Position numbers and translations under genes: made by a program
Shown here: piece by piece, positions 1-13,500 of the stretch
Numbering within the stretch: position 1 is the first letter of the stretch
Layout: each line of letters begins with the position of its first letter
Source of the DNA: Auanema rhodensis
Taxonomy: Eukaryota; Animalia; Nematoda
NCBI GenBank assembly: GCA_964057225.1
Contig: OZ059897.1
Span: 21,762,001 to 21,826,000 of the forward strand
DNA length: 64,000 nucleotides
Direction: 5' to 3'
Notes under the pieces: model-generated
Database searches by the model: none
What the model saw: only the letters and a program-made list of their open reading frames with translations
Told to the model about the DNA's origin: nothing

Positions 1-3000
1 ATGTCCATATTAGTCTACAAACAAATTTTTATTGATATTGGTGCATGGTAACCATGACTTTGAAATTTACGTGAACTTTAATTTATGCTAATTAAATGTA
101 CACGTGATGTGCACTTGGTATGTAACTCGCTTCACGTGAAAGATAAAGAGATGCGGTTTTCAAAATTAGATTCTCCATGTCCATATTAGTCTACAAACAA
201 ATTTTTATTGATATTGGTGCATGGTAACCATGACTTTGAAATTTACGTGAACTTTAATTTATGCTAATTAAATGTACACGTGATGTGCACTTGGTATGTA
301 ACTCGCTTCACGTGAGAGATAAAGAAATGCGGTTTTCAAAATTAGATTCCCCATGTCCATATTAGTCTAAAAACAAATTTTTATTGATATTGGTTCATGG
401 TAACCATGACTTTGAAATTTACGTGAACTTCAATTTATGCTAATTAAATGTACACGTGATGTGCACTTGGTATGTAACTTGCTTCACGTGAAAGATAAAG
501 AGATGCGGTTTTCAAAATTAGATTCCCCATGTCCATATTAGTCTAAAAACAAATTTTTATTAATATTGGTGCATGGTAACCATGACTTTGAAATTTACGT
601 GAACTTTAATTTATGCTAATTAAATGTACACGTGATGTGCACTTGGTATGTAACTCGCTTCACGTGAAAGATAAAGAGATGCGGTTTTCAAAATTAGATT
701 CCCCATGTCCATATTAGTCTTAAAACAAATTTTTATTGATATTGGTGCATGGTATCCATGACTTTGAAATTTACGTGAACTTTAATTTATGCTAATTAAA
801 TGTACACGTGATGTGCACTTGGTATGTAACTCGCTTCACGTGAAAGATAAAGAGATGCGGTTTTCAAAATTAGATTCTCCATGTCCATATTAGTCTACAA
901 ACAAATTTTTATTGATATTGGTGCATGGTAACCATGACTTTGAAATTTACGTGAACTTTAATTTATGCTAATTAAATGTACACGTGATGTGCACTTGGTA
1001 TGTAACTCGCTTCACGTGAAAGATAAAGAGATGCGGTTTTCAAAATTAGATTCTCCATGTCTATATTAGTCTACAAACAAATTTTTATTGATATTGGTGC
1101 ATGGTAACCATGACTTTGAAATTTACGTGAACTTTAATTTATGCTAATTAAATGTACACGTGATGTGCACTTGGTATGTAACTCGCTTCACGTGAAAGAT
1201 AAAGAGATGCGGTTTTCAAAATTAGATTCTCCATGTCCATATTAGTCTACAAACAAATTTTTATTGATATTGGTGCATGGTAACCATGACTTTGAAATTT
1301 ACGTGAACTTTAATTTATGCTAATTAAATGTACACGTGATGTGCACTTGGTATGTAACTCGCTTCACGTGAGAGATAAAGAAATGCGGTTTTCAAAATTA
1401 GATTCCCCATGTCCATATTAGTCTAAAAACAAATTTTTATTGATATTGGTTCATGGTAACCATGACTTTGAAATTTACGTGAACTTTAATTTATGCTAAT
1501 TAAATGTACACGTGATGTGCACTTGGTATGTAACTCGCTTCACGTGAAAGATAAAGAGATGCGGTTTTTAAAATTAGATTCCCCATGTCCATATTAGTCT
1601 AAAAACAAATTTTTATTGATATTGGTGCATGGTAACCATGACTTTGAAATTTACGTGAACTTTAATTTATGCTAATTAAATGTACACGTGATGTGCACTT
1701 GGTATGTATCTCGCTTCACGTGAAAGATAAAGAGATGCGGTTTTCAAAATTAGATTCTCCATGTCCATATTAGTCTAAAAACAAATTTTTATTGATATTG
1801 GTTCATGGTAACCATGACTTTGAATTTTACGTGAACTTAAATTTATGCTAATTAAATGTACACGTGATGTGCACTTGGTATGTAACTTGCTTCACGTGAA
1901 AGATAAAGAGATGCGGTTTACAAAATTAGATTCCCCATGTCCATATTAGTCTAAAAACAAATTTTTATTGATATTGGTGCATGGCAACCATGACTTTGAA
2001 ATTTACTTGAACTTTAATTTATGCTAATTAAATGTACACGTGATGTGCACTTGGTATGTAACTCGCTTCACGTGAAAGATAAAGAGATGCGGTTTTCAAA
2101 ATTAGATTCCCCATGTCCATATTAGTCTAAAAACAAATTTTTATTGATATTGGTTCATGGTAACCATGACTTTGAAATTTACGTGAACTTAAATTTATGC
2201 TAATTAAATGTACACGTGATGTGCACTTGGTATGTAACTCGCTTCACGTGAAAGATAAAGAGATGCGGTTTTCAAAATTAGATTCCCCATGTCCATATTA
2301 GTCTAAAAACAAATTTTTATTGATATTGGTTCATGGTAACCATGACTTTGAAATTTACGTGAACTTTAATTTATGCTAATTAAATGTACACGTGATGTGC
2401 ACTTGGTATGTAACTCGCTTCACGTGAAAGATAAAGAGATGCGGTTTTCAAAATTAGATTCCCCATCTCCATATTAGTCTAAAAACAAATTTTTATTGAT
2501 ATTGGTGCATGGTAACCATGACTTTGAAATTCACGTGAACTTTAATTTATGCTAATTAAATGTACACGTGATGTGCACTTGGTATGTAACTCGCTTAACG
2601 TGAAAGATAAAGAGATGCGGTTTTCAAAATTAGATTCCCCATGTCCATATTAGTCTAAAAACGAATTTTTATTGATATTGGTGCATGGTAACCATGACTT
2701 TGAAATTTACGTGAACTTTAATTTATGCTAATTAAATGTACACGTGATGTGCACTTGGTATGTAACTCGCTTCACGTGAAAGATAAAGAGATGCGGTTTT
2801 CAAAATTAGATTCCCCATGTCCATATTAGTCTAAAAACAAATTTTTATTGATATTGGTGCATGGTAACCATGACTTTGAAATTTACGTGAACTTTAATTT
2901 TTCCTAATTAAATGTACACGTGATGTGCACTTGGTATGTAACTCGCTTCACGTGGAAGATAAAGAGATGCGGTTTTCAAAATTAGATTCCCCATGTCCAT

Positions 3001-3165
3001 ATTAGTCTAAAAACAAATTTTTATTGATATTGGTTCATGGTAACCATGACTTTGAAATTTACGTGAACTTCAATTTATGCTAATTAAATGTACACGTGAT
3101 GTGCACTTGGTATGTAACTCGCTTCACGTGAAAGATAAAGAGATGCGGTTTTCAAAATTAGATTC

Positions 3166-5981
3166 TCCATGTCCATATTAGTCTACAAACAAATTTTTAT
3201 TGATATTGGTGCATGGTAACCATGACTTTGAAATTTACGTGAACTTTAATTTATGCTAATTAAATGTACACGTGATGTGCACTTGGTATGTAACTCGCTT
3301 CACGTGAAAGATAAAGAGATGCGGTTTTCAAAATTAGATTCTCCATGTCCATATTAGTCTACAAACAAATTTTTATTGATATTGGTGCATGGTAACCATG
3401 ACTTTGAAATTTACGTGAACTTTAATTTATGCTAATTAAATGTACACGTGATGTGCACTTGGTATGTAACTCGCTTCACGTGAAAGATAAAGAAATGCGG
3501 TTTTCAAAATTAGATTCCCCATGTCCATATTAGTCTAAAAACAAATTTTTATTGATATTGGTTCATGGTAACCATGACTTTGAAATTTACGTGAACTTTA
3601 ATTTATGCTAATTAAATGTACACGTGATGTGCACTTGGTATGTATCTCGCTTCACGTGAAAGATAAAGAGATGCGGTTTTCAAAATTAGATTCTCCATGT
3701 CCATATTAGTCTACAAACAAATTTTTATTGATATTGGTTCATGGTAACCATGACTTTGAATTTTACGTGAACTTAAATTTATGCTAATTAAATGTACACG
3801 TGATGTGCACTTGGTATGTAACTTGCTTCACGTGAAAGATGAAGAGATGCGGTTTACAAAATTAGATTCCCCATGTCCATATTAGTCTAAAAACAAATTT
3901 TTATTGATATTGGTGCATGGCAACCATGACTTTGAAATTTACTTGAACTTTAATTTATGCTAATTAAATGTACACGTGATGTGCACTTGGTATGTAACTC
4001 GCTTCACGTGAAAGATAAAGAGATGCGGTTTTCAAAATTAGATTCCCCATGTCCATATTAGTCTAAAAACAAATTTTTATTGATATTGGTTCATGGTAAC
4101 CATGACTTTGAAATTTACGTGAACTTAAATTTATGCTAATTAAATGTACACGTGATGTGCACTTGGTATGTAACTTGCTTCACGTGAAAGATAAAGAGAT
4201 GCGGTTTACAAAATTAGATTCCCCATGTCCATATTAGTCTAAAAACAAATTTTTATTGATATTGGTGCATGGCAACCATGACTTTGAAATTTACTTGAAC
4301 TTTAATTTATGCTAATTAAATGTACACGTGATGTGCACTTGGTATGTAACTCGCTTCACGTGAAAGATAAAGAGATGCGGTTTTCAAAATTAGATTCCCC
4401 ATGTCCATATTAGTCTAAAAACAAATTTTTATTGATATTGGTTCATGGTAACCATGACTTTGAAATTTACGTGAACTTAAATTTATGCTAATTAAATGTA
4501 CACGTGATGTGCACTTGGTATGTAACTCGCTTCACGTGAAAGATAAAGAGATGCGGTTTTCAAAATTAGATTCTCCATGTCCATATTAGTCTACAAACAA
4601 ATTTTTATTGATATTGGTGCATGGTAACCATGACTTTGAAATTTACGTGAACTTTAATTTATGCTAATTAAATGTACACGTGATGTGCACTTGGTATGTA
4701 ACTCGCTTCACGTGAAAGATAAAGAGATGCGGTTTTCAAAATTAGATTCTCCATGTCCATATTAGTCTACAAACAAATTTTTATTGATATTGGTGCATGG
4801 TAACCATGACTTTGAAATTTACGTGAACTTTAATTTATGCTAATTAAATGTACACGTGATGTGCACTTGGTATGTAACTCGCTTCACGTGAAAGATAAAG
4901 AAATGCGGTTTTCAAAATTAGATTCCCCATGTCCATATTAGTCTAAAAACAAATTTTTATTGATATTGGTTCATGGTAACCATGACTTTGAAATTTACGT
5001 GAACTTTAATTTATGCTAATTAAATGTACACGTGATGTGCACTTGGTATGTATCTCGCTTCACGTGAAAGATAAAGAGATGCGGTTTTCAAAATTAGATT
5101 CTCCATGTCCATATTAGTCTACAAACAAATTTTTATTGATATTGGTTCATGGTAACCATGACTTTGAATTTTACGTGAACTTAAATTTATGCTAATTAAA
5201 TGTACACGTGATGTGCACTTGGTATGTAACTTGCTTCACGTGAAAGATGAAGAGATGCGGTTTACAAAATTAGATTCCCCATGTCCATATTAGTCTAAAA
5301 ACAAATTTTTATTGATATTGGTGCATGGCAACCATGACTTTGAAATTTACTTGAACTTTAATTTATGCTAATTAAATGTACACGTGATGTGCACTTGGTA
5401 TGTAACTCGCTTCACGTGAAAGATAAAGAGATGCGGTTTTCAAAATTAGATTCCCCATGTCCATATTAGTCTAAAAACAAATTTTTATTGATATTGGTTC
5501 ATGGTAACCATGACTTTGAAATTTACGTGAACTTAAATTTATGCTAATTAAATGTACACGTGATGTGCACTTGGTATGTAACTTGCTTCACGTGAAAGAT
5601 AAAGAGATGCGGTTTACAAAATTAGATTCCCCATGTCCATATTAGTCTAAAAACAAATTTTTATTGATATTGGTGCATGGCAACCATGACTTTGAAATTT
5701 ACTTGAACTTTAATTTATGCTAATTAAATGTACACGTGATGTGCACTTGGTATGTAACTCGCTTCACGTGAAAGATAAAGAGATGCGGTTTTCAAAATTA
5801 GATTCCCCATGTCCATATTAGTCTAAAAACAAATTTTTATTGATATTGGTTCATGGTAACCATGACTTTGAAATTTACGTGAACTTAAATTTATGCTAAT
5901 TAAATGTACACGTGATGTGCACTTGGTATGTAACTCGCTTCACGTGAAAGATAAAGAGATGCGGTTTTCAAAATTAGATTC
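3166..5981. repeat. Local higher-order duplication: 2 x 8 monomers (1408 bp), with a nested dimer duplication
   Basis: The ordered variant series (CTCC/TACAA, GAAAT, TATCTC, GAATTTT+GATGAAG+TTTAC, GGCAA+ACTTGA twice) repeats at a 1408-bp offset. Boundaries are approximate. Confidence 0.85.
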
Positions 5982-6512
5982 CCCATGTCCATATTAGTCT
6001 AAAAACAAATTTTTATTGATATTGGTTCATGGTAACCATGACTTTGAAATTTACGTGAACTTTAATTTATGCTAATTAAATGTACACGTGATGTGCACTT
6101 GGTATGTAACTCGCTTCACGTGAAAGATAAAGAGATGCGGTTTTCAAAATTAGATTCCCCATCTCCATATTAGTCTAAAAACAAATTTTTATTGATATTG
6201 GTGCATGGTAACCATGACTTTGAAATTCACGTGAACTTTAATTTATGCTAATTAAATGTACACGTGATGTGCACTTGGTATGTAACTCGCTTCACGTGAA
6301 AGATAAAGAGATGCGGTTTTCAAAATTAGATTCCCCATGTCCATATTAGTCTAAAAACGAATTTTTATTGATATTGGTTCATGGTAACCATGACTTTGAA
6401 ATTTACGTGAACTTTAATTTATGCTAATTAAATGTACACGTGATGTGCACTTGGTATGTAACTCGCTTCACGTGAAAGATAAAGAGATGCGGTTTTCAAA
6501 ATTAGATTCCCC

Positions 6513-9500
6513 ATGTCCATATTAGTCTAAAAACAAATTTTTATTGATATTGGTGCATGGTAACCATGACTTTGAAATTTACGTGAACTTTAATTTATGC
6601 TAATTAAATGTACACGTGATGTGCACTTGGTATGTAACTCGCTTCACGTGAAAGATAAAGAGATGCGGTTTTCAAAATTAGATTCCCCATGTCCATATTA
6701 GTCTAAAAACAAATTTTTATTGATATTGGTGCATGGTAACCATGACTTTGAAATTTACGTGAACTTTAATTTATGCTAATTAAATGTACACGTGATGTGC
6801 ACTTGGTATGTAACTCGCTTCACGTGAAAGATAAAGAGTTGCGGTTTTCAAAATTAGATTCCCCATCTCCATATTAGTCTAAAAACAAATTTTTATTGAT
6901 ATTGGTGCATGGTAACCATGACTTTGAAATTCACGTGAACTTTAATTTATGCTAATTAAATGTTCACGTGATGTGCACTTGGTATGTAACTCGCTTCACG
7001 TGAAAGATAAAGAGATGCGGTTTTCAAAATTAGATTCCCCATGTCCATATTAGTCTAAAAACGAATTTTTATTGATATTGGTTCATGGTAACCATGACTT
7101 TGAAATTTACGTGAACTTTAATTTATGCTAATTAAATGTACACGTGATGTGCACTTGGTATGTAACTCGCTTCACGTGAAAGATAAAGAGATGCGGTTTC
7201 CAAAATTAGATTCCCCATGTCCATATTAGTCTAAAAACAAATTTTTATTGATATTGGTGAATGGTAACCATGACTTTGAAATTTACGTGAACTTAAATTT
7301 ATGCTAATTAAATGTACACGTGATGTGCACTTGGTATGTAACTCGCTTCACGTGAAAGATAAAGAGATGCGGTTTTCAAAATTAGATTCCCCATGTCCAT
7401 ATTAGTCTAAAAACAAATTTTTATTGATATTGGTGCATGGTAACCATGACTTTGAAATTTACGTGAACTTTAATTTATGCTAATTAAATGTACACGTGAT
7501 GTGCACTTGGTATGTAACTCGCTTCACGTGAAAGATAAAGAGATGCGGTTTTCAAAATTAGATTCCCCATGTCCATATTAGTCTAAAAACAAATTTTTAT
7601 TGATATTGGTGCATGGTAACCATGACTTTGAAATTTACGTGAACTTTAATTTATGCTAATTAAATGTACACGTGATGTGCACTTGGTATGTAACTCGCTT
7701 CACGTGAAAGATAAAGAGATGCGGTTTTCAAAATTAGATTCCCCATGTCCATATTAGTCTAAAAACAAATTTTTATTGATATTGGTGAATGGTAACCATG
7801 ACTTTGAAATTTACGTGAACTTAAATTTATGCTAATTAAATGTACACGTGATGTGCACTTGGTATGTAACTCGCTTCACGTGAAAGATAAAGAGATGCGG
7901 TTTTCAAAATTAGATTCCCCATGTCCATATTAGTCTAAAAACAAATTTTTATTGATATTGGTTCATGGTAACCATGACTTTGAAATTTACGTGAACTTTA
8001 ATTTATGCTAATTAAATGTACACGTGATGTGCACTTGGTATGTAACTCGCTTCACGTGAAAGATAAAGAGATGCGGTTTTCAAAATTAGATTCCCCATGT
8101 CCATATTAGTCTAAAAACAAATTTTTATTGATATTGGTTCATGGTAACCATGACTTTGAAATTTACGTGAACTTTAATTTATGCTAATTAAATGTACACG
8201 TGATGTGCACTTGGTATGTAACTCGCTTCACGTGAAAGATAAAGAGATGCGGTTTTCAAAATTAGATTCCCCATCTCCATATTAGTCTAAAAACAAATTT
8301 TTATTGATATTGGTGCATGGTAACCATGACTTTGAAATTCACGTGAACTTTAATTTATGCTAATTAAATGTACACGTGATGTGCACTTGGTATGTAACTC
8401 GCTTCACGTGAAAGATAAAGAGATGCGGTTTTCAAAATTAGATTCCCCATGTCCATATTAGTCTAAAAACGAATTTTTATTGATATTGGTTCATGGTAAC
8501 CATGACTTTGAAATTTACGTGAACTTTAATTTATGCTAATTAAATGTACACGTGATGTGCACTTGGTATGTAACTCGCTTCACGTGAAAGATAAAGAGAT
8601 GCGGTTTTCAAAATTAGATTCCCCATGTCCATATTAGTCTAAAAACAAATTTTTATTGATATTGGTGCATGGTAACCATGACTTTGAAATTTACGTGAAC
8701 TTTAATTTATGCTAATTAAATGTACACGTGATGTGCACTTGGTATGTAACTCGCTTCACGTGAAAGATAAAGAGATGCGGTTTTCAAAATTAGATTCCCC
8801 ATGTCCATATTAGTCTAAAAACGATTTTTTATTGATATTGGTTCATGGTAACCATGACTTTGAAATTTACGTGAACTTTAATTTATGCTAATTAAATGTA
8901 CACGTGATGTGCACTTGGTATGTAACTCGCTTCACGTGAAAGATAAAGAGATGCGGTTTTCAAAATTAGATTTCCCATGTCCATATTAGTCTAAAAACAA
9001 ATTTTTATTGATATTGGTGCATGGTAACCATGACTTTGAAATTTACGTGAACTTTAATTTATGCTAATTAAATGTACACGTGATGTGCACTTGGTATGTA
9101 ACTCGCTTCACGTGAAAGATAAAGAGATGCGGTTTTCAAAATTAGATTCCCCATGTCCATATTAGTCTAAAAACAAATTTTTATTGATATTGGTGCATGG
9201 TAACCATGACTTTGAAATTTACGTGAACTTTAATTTATGCTAATTAAATGTACACGTGATGTGCACTTGGTATGTAACTCGCTTCACGTGAAAGATAAAG
9301 AGTTGCGGTTTTCAAAATTAGATTCCCCATCTCCATATTAGTCTAAAAACAAATTTTTATTGATATTGGTGCATGGTAACCATGACTTTGAAATTCACGT
9401 GAACTTTAATTTATGCTAATTAAATGTTCACGTGATGTGCACTTGGTATGTAACTCGCTTCACGTGAAGGATAAAGAGATGCGGTTTTCAAAATTAGATT

Positions 9501-10500
9501 CCCCATGTCCATATTAGTCTAAAAACGAATTTTTATTGATATTGGTTCATGGTAACCATGACTTTGAAATTTACGTGAACTTTAATTTATGCTAATTAAA
9601 TGTACACGTGATGTGCACTTGGTATGTAACTCGCTTCACGTGAAAGATAAAGAGATGCGGTTTTCAAAATTAGATTCCCCATGTCCATATTAGTCTAAAA
9701 ACAAATTTTTATTGATATTGGTGAATGGTAACCATGACTTTGAAATTTACGTGAACTTAAATTTATGCTAATTAAATGTACACGTGATGTGCACTTGGTA
9801 TGTAACTCGCTTCACGTGAAAGATAAAGAGATGCGGTTTTCAAAATTAGATTCCCCATGTCCATATTAGTCTAAAAACAAATTTTTATTGATATTGGTGC
9901 ATGGTAACCATGACTTTGAAATTTACGTGAACTTTAATTTATGCTAATTAAATGTACACGTGATGTGCACTTGGTATGTAACTCGCTTCACGTGAAAGAT
10001 AAAGAGATGCGGTTTTCAAAATTAGATTCCCCATGTCCATATTAGTCTAAAAACAAATTTTTATTGATATTGGTGCATGGTAACCATGACTTTGAAATTT
10101 ACGTGAACTTTAATTTATGCTAATTAAATGTACACGTGATGTGCACTTGGTATGTAACTCGCTTCACGTGAAAGATAAAGAGATGCGGTTTTCAAAATTA
10201 GATTCCCCATGTCCATATTAGTCTAAAAACAAATTTTTATTGATATTGGTGAATGGTAACCATGACTTTGAAATTTACGTGAACTTAAATTTATGCTAAT
10301 TAAATGTACACGTGATGTGCACTTGGTATGTAACTCGCTTCACGTGAAAGATAAAGAGATGCGGTTTTCAAAATTAGATTCCCCATGTCCATATTAGTCT
10401 AAAAACAAATTTTTATTGATATTGGTGCATGGTAACCATGACTTTGAAATTTACGTGAACTTTAATTTATGCTAATTAAATGTACACGTGATGTGCACTT
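6513..10500. repeat. Local higher-order duplication with a 14-monomer (2464 bp) offset
   Basis: Rare variants GAGTT 6839/9303, TGTTCA 6964/9428 and GTGAAT 7260/9724. Boundaries are approximate. Confidence 0.8.
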
Positions 10501-13500
10501 GGTATGTAACTCGCTTCACGTGAAAGATAAAGAGATGCGGTTTTCAAAATTAGATTCCCCATGTCCATATTAGTTTAAAAACAAATTTTTATTGATATTG
10601 GTTCATGGTAACCATGACTTTGAAATTTACGTGAACTTTAATTTATGCTAATTAAATGTACACGTGATGTGCACTTGGTATGTAACTCGCTTCACGTGAA
10701 AGATAAAGAGATGCGGTTTTCAAAATTAGATTCCCCATGTCCATATTAGTCTAAAAACAAATTTTTATTGATATTGGTGCATGGTAACCATGACTTTGAA
10801 ATTTACGTGAACTTTAATTTATGCTAATTAAATGTACACGTGATGTGCACTTGGTATGTAACTCGCTTCACGTGAAAGATAAAGAGATGCGGTTTTCAAA
10901 ATTAGATTCCCTATGTCCATATTAGTCTAAAAACAAATTTTTATTGATATTGGTGCATGGTAACCATGACTTTGAAATTTACGTGAACTTTAATTTATGC
11001 TAATTAAATGTACACGTGATGTGCACTTGGTATGTAACTCGCTTCACGTGAAAGATAAAGAGATGCGGTTTTCAAAATTAGATTCCCCATGTCCATATTA
11101 GTCTAAAAACAAATTTTTATTGATATTGGTGCATGGTAACCATGACTTTGAAATTTACGTGAACTTAAATTTATGCTAATTAAATGTACACGTGATGTGC
11201 ACTTGGTATGTAACTCGCTTCACGTGAAAGATAAAGAGATGCGGTTTTCAAAATTAGATTCCCCATGTATATATTAGTCTAAAAACAAATTTTTATTGAT
11301 ATTGGTGCATGGTAACCATGACTTTGAAATTTACGTGAACTTTAATTTATGCTAATTAAATGTACACGTGATGTGCACTTGGTATGTAACTCGCTTCACG
11401 TGAAAGATAAAGAGATGCGGTTTTCAAAATTAGATTCCCCATGTCCATATTAGTCTAAAAACAAATTTTTATTGATATTGGTTCATGGTAACCATGACTT
11501 TGAAATTTACGTGAACTTTAATTTATGCTAATTAAATGTACACGTGATGTGCACTTGGTATGTAACTCGCTTCAGGTGAAAGATAAAGAGATGCGGTTTT
11601 CAAAATTAGATTCCCCATGTCCATATTAGTCTAAAAACAAATTTTTATTGATATTGGTGCATGGTAACCATGACTTTGAAATTTACGTGAACTTTAATTT
11701 ATGCTAATTAAATGTACACGTGATGTGCACTTGGTATGTAACTCGCTTCAGGTGAAAGATAAAGAGATGCGGTTTTCAAAATTAGATTCCCCATGTCCAT
11801 ATTAGTCTAAAAACAAATTTTTATTGATATTGGTGCATGGTAACCATGACTTTGAAATTTACGTGAACTTTAATTTATGCTAATTAAATGTACACGTGAT
11901 GTGCACTTGGTATGTAACTCGCTTCACGTGAAAGATAAAGAGATGCGGTTTTCGAAATTAGATTCCCCATGTCCATATTAGTCTAAAAACAAATTTTTAT
12001 TGATATTGGTGCATGGTAACCATGACTTTGAAATTTACGTGAACTTTAATTTATGCTAATTAAATGTACACGTGATGTGCACTTGGTATGTAACTCGCTT
12101 CACGTGAAAGATAAAGAGATGCGGTTTTCAAAATTAGATTCCCCATGTCCATATTAGTCTAAAAACAAATTTTTATTGATATTGGTGCATGGTAACCATG
12201 ACTTTGAAATTTACGTGAACTTTAATTTATGCTAATTGAATGTACACGTGATGTGCACTTGGTATGTAACTCGCTTCACGTGAAAGATAAAAAGATGCGG
12301 TTTTCAAAATTAGATTCCCCATGTCCATATTAGTCTAAAAACAAATTTTTATTGATATTGGTTCATGGTAACCATGACTTTGAAATTTACGTGAACTTAA
12401 ATTTATGCTAATTAAATGTACACGTGATGTGCACTTGGTATGTAACTCGCTTCACGTGAAAGATAAAGAGATGCGGTTTTCAAAATTAGATTCCCCATGT
12501 CCATATTAGTCTAAAAACAAATTTTTATTGATATTGGTGCATGGTAACCATGACTTTGAAATTTACGTGAACTTTAATTTATGCTAATTAAATGTACACG
12601 TGATGTGCACTTGGTATGTAACTCGCTTCACGTGAAAGATAAAGAGATGCGGTTTTCAAAATTAGATTCCCCATGTCCATATTAGTTTAAAAACAAATTT
12701 TTATTGATATTGGTGCATGGTAACCATGACTTTGAAATTTACGTGAACTTTAATTTATGCTAATTGAATGTACACGTGATGTGCACTTGGTATGTAACTC
12801 GCTTCACGTGAAAGATAAAGAGATGCGGTTTTCAAAATTAGATTCCCCATGTCCATATTAGTCTAAAAACAAATTTTTATTGATATTGGTTCATGGTAAC
12901 CATGACTTTGAAATTTACGTGAACTTTAATTTATGCTAATTAAATGTACACGTGATGTGCACTTGGTATGTAACTCGCTTCAGGTGAAAGATAAAGAGAT
13001 GCGGTTTTCAAAATTAGATTCCCCATGTCCATATTAGTCTAAAAACAAATTTTTATTGATATTGGTGCATGGTAACCATGACTTTGAAATTTACGTGAAC
13101 TTTAATTTATGCTAATTAAATGTACACGTGATGTGCACTTGGTATGTAACTCGCTTCACGTGAAAGATAAAGAGATGCGGTTTTCAAAATTAGATTCCCC
13201 ATGTCCATATTAGTCTAAAAACAAATTTTTATTGATATTGGTGCATGGTAACCATGACTTTGAAATTTACGTGAACTTTAATTTATGCTAATTAAATGTA
13301 CACGTGATGTGCACTTGGTATGTAACTCGCTTCACGTGAAAGATAAAGAGATGCGGTTTTCAAAATTAGATTCCCCATGTCCATATTAGTCTGAAAACAA
13401 ATTTTTATTGATATTGGTTCATGGTAACCATGACTTTGAAATTTACGTGAACTTTAATTTATGCTAATTAAATGTACACGTGATGTGCACTTGGTATGTA

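Noticed and set aside
1-176. Identity with Brassica 176-bp CentBr, Arabidopsis CEN178 or primate alpha satellite / CENP-B box
   Set aside because: Only the length is similar. I recognise no sequence match, there is no AAGCTT site or TTCG-N4-A-N2-CGGG box, and a CR1-group LINE is not expected in flowering plants.
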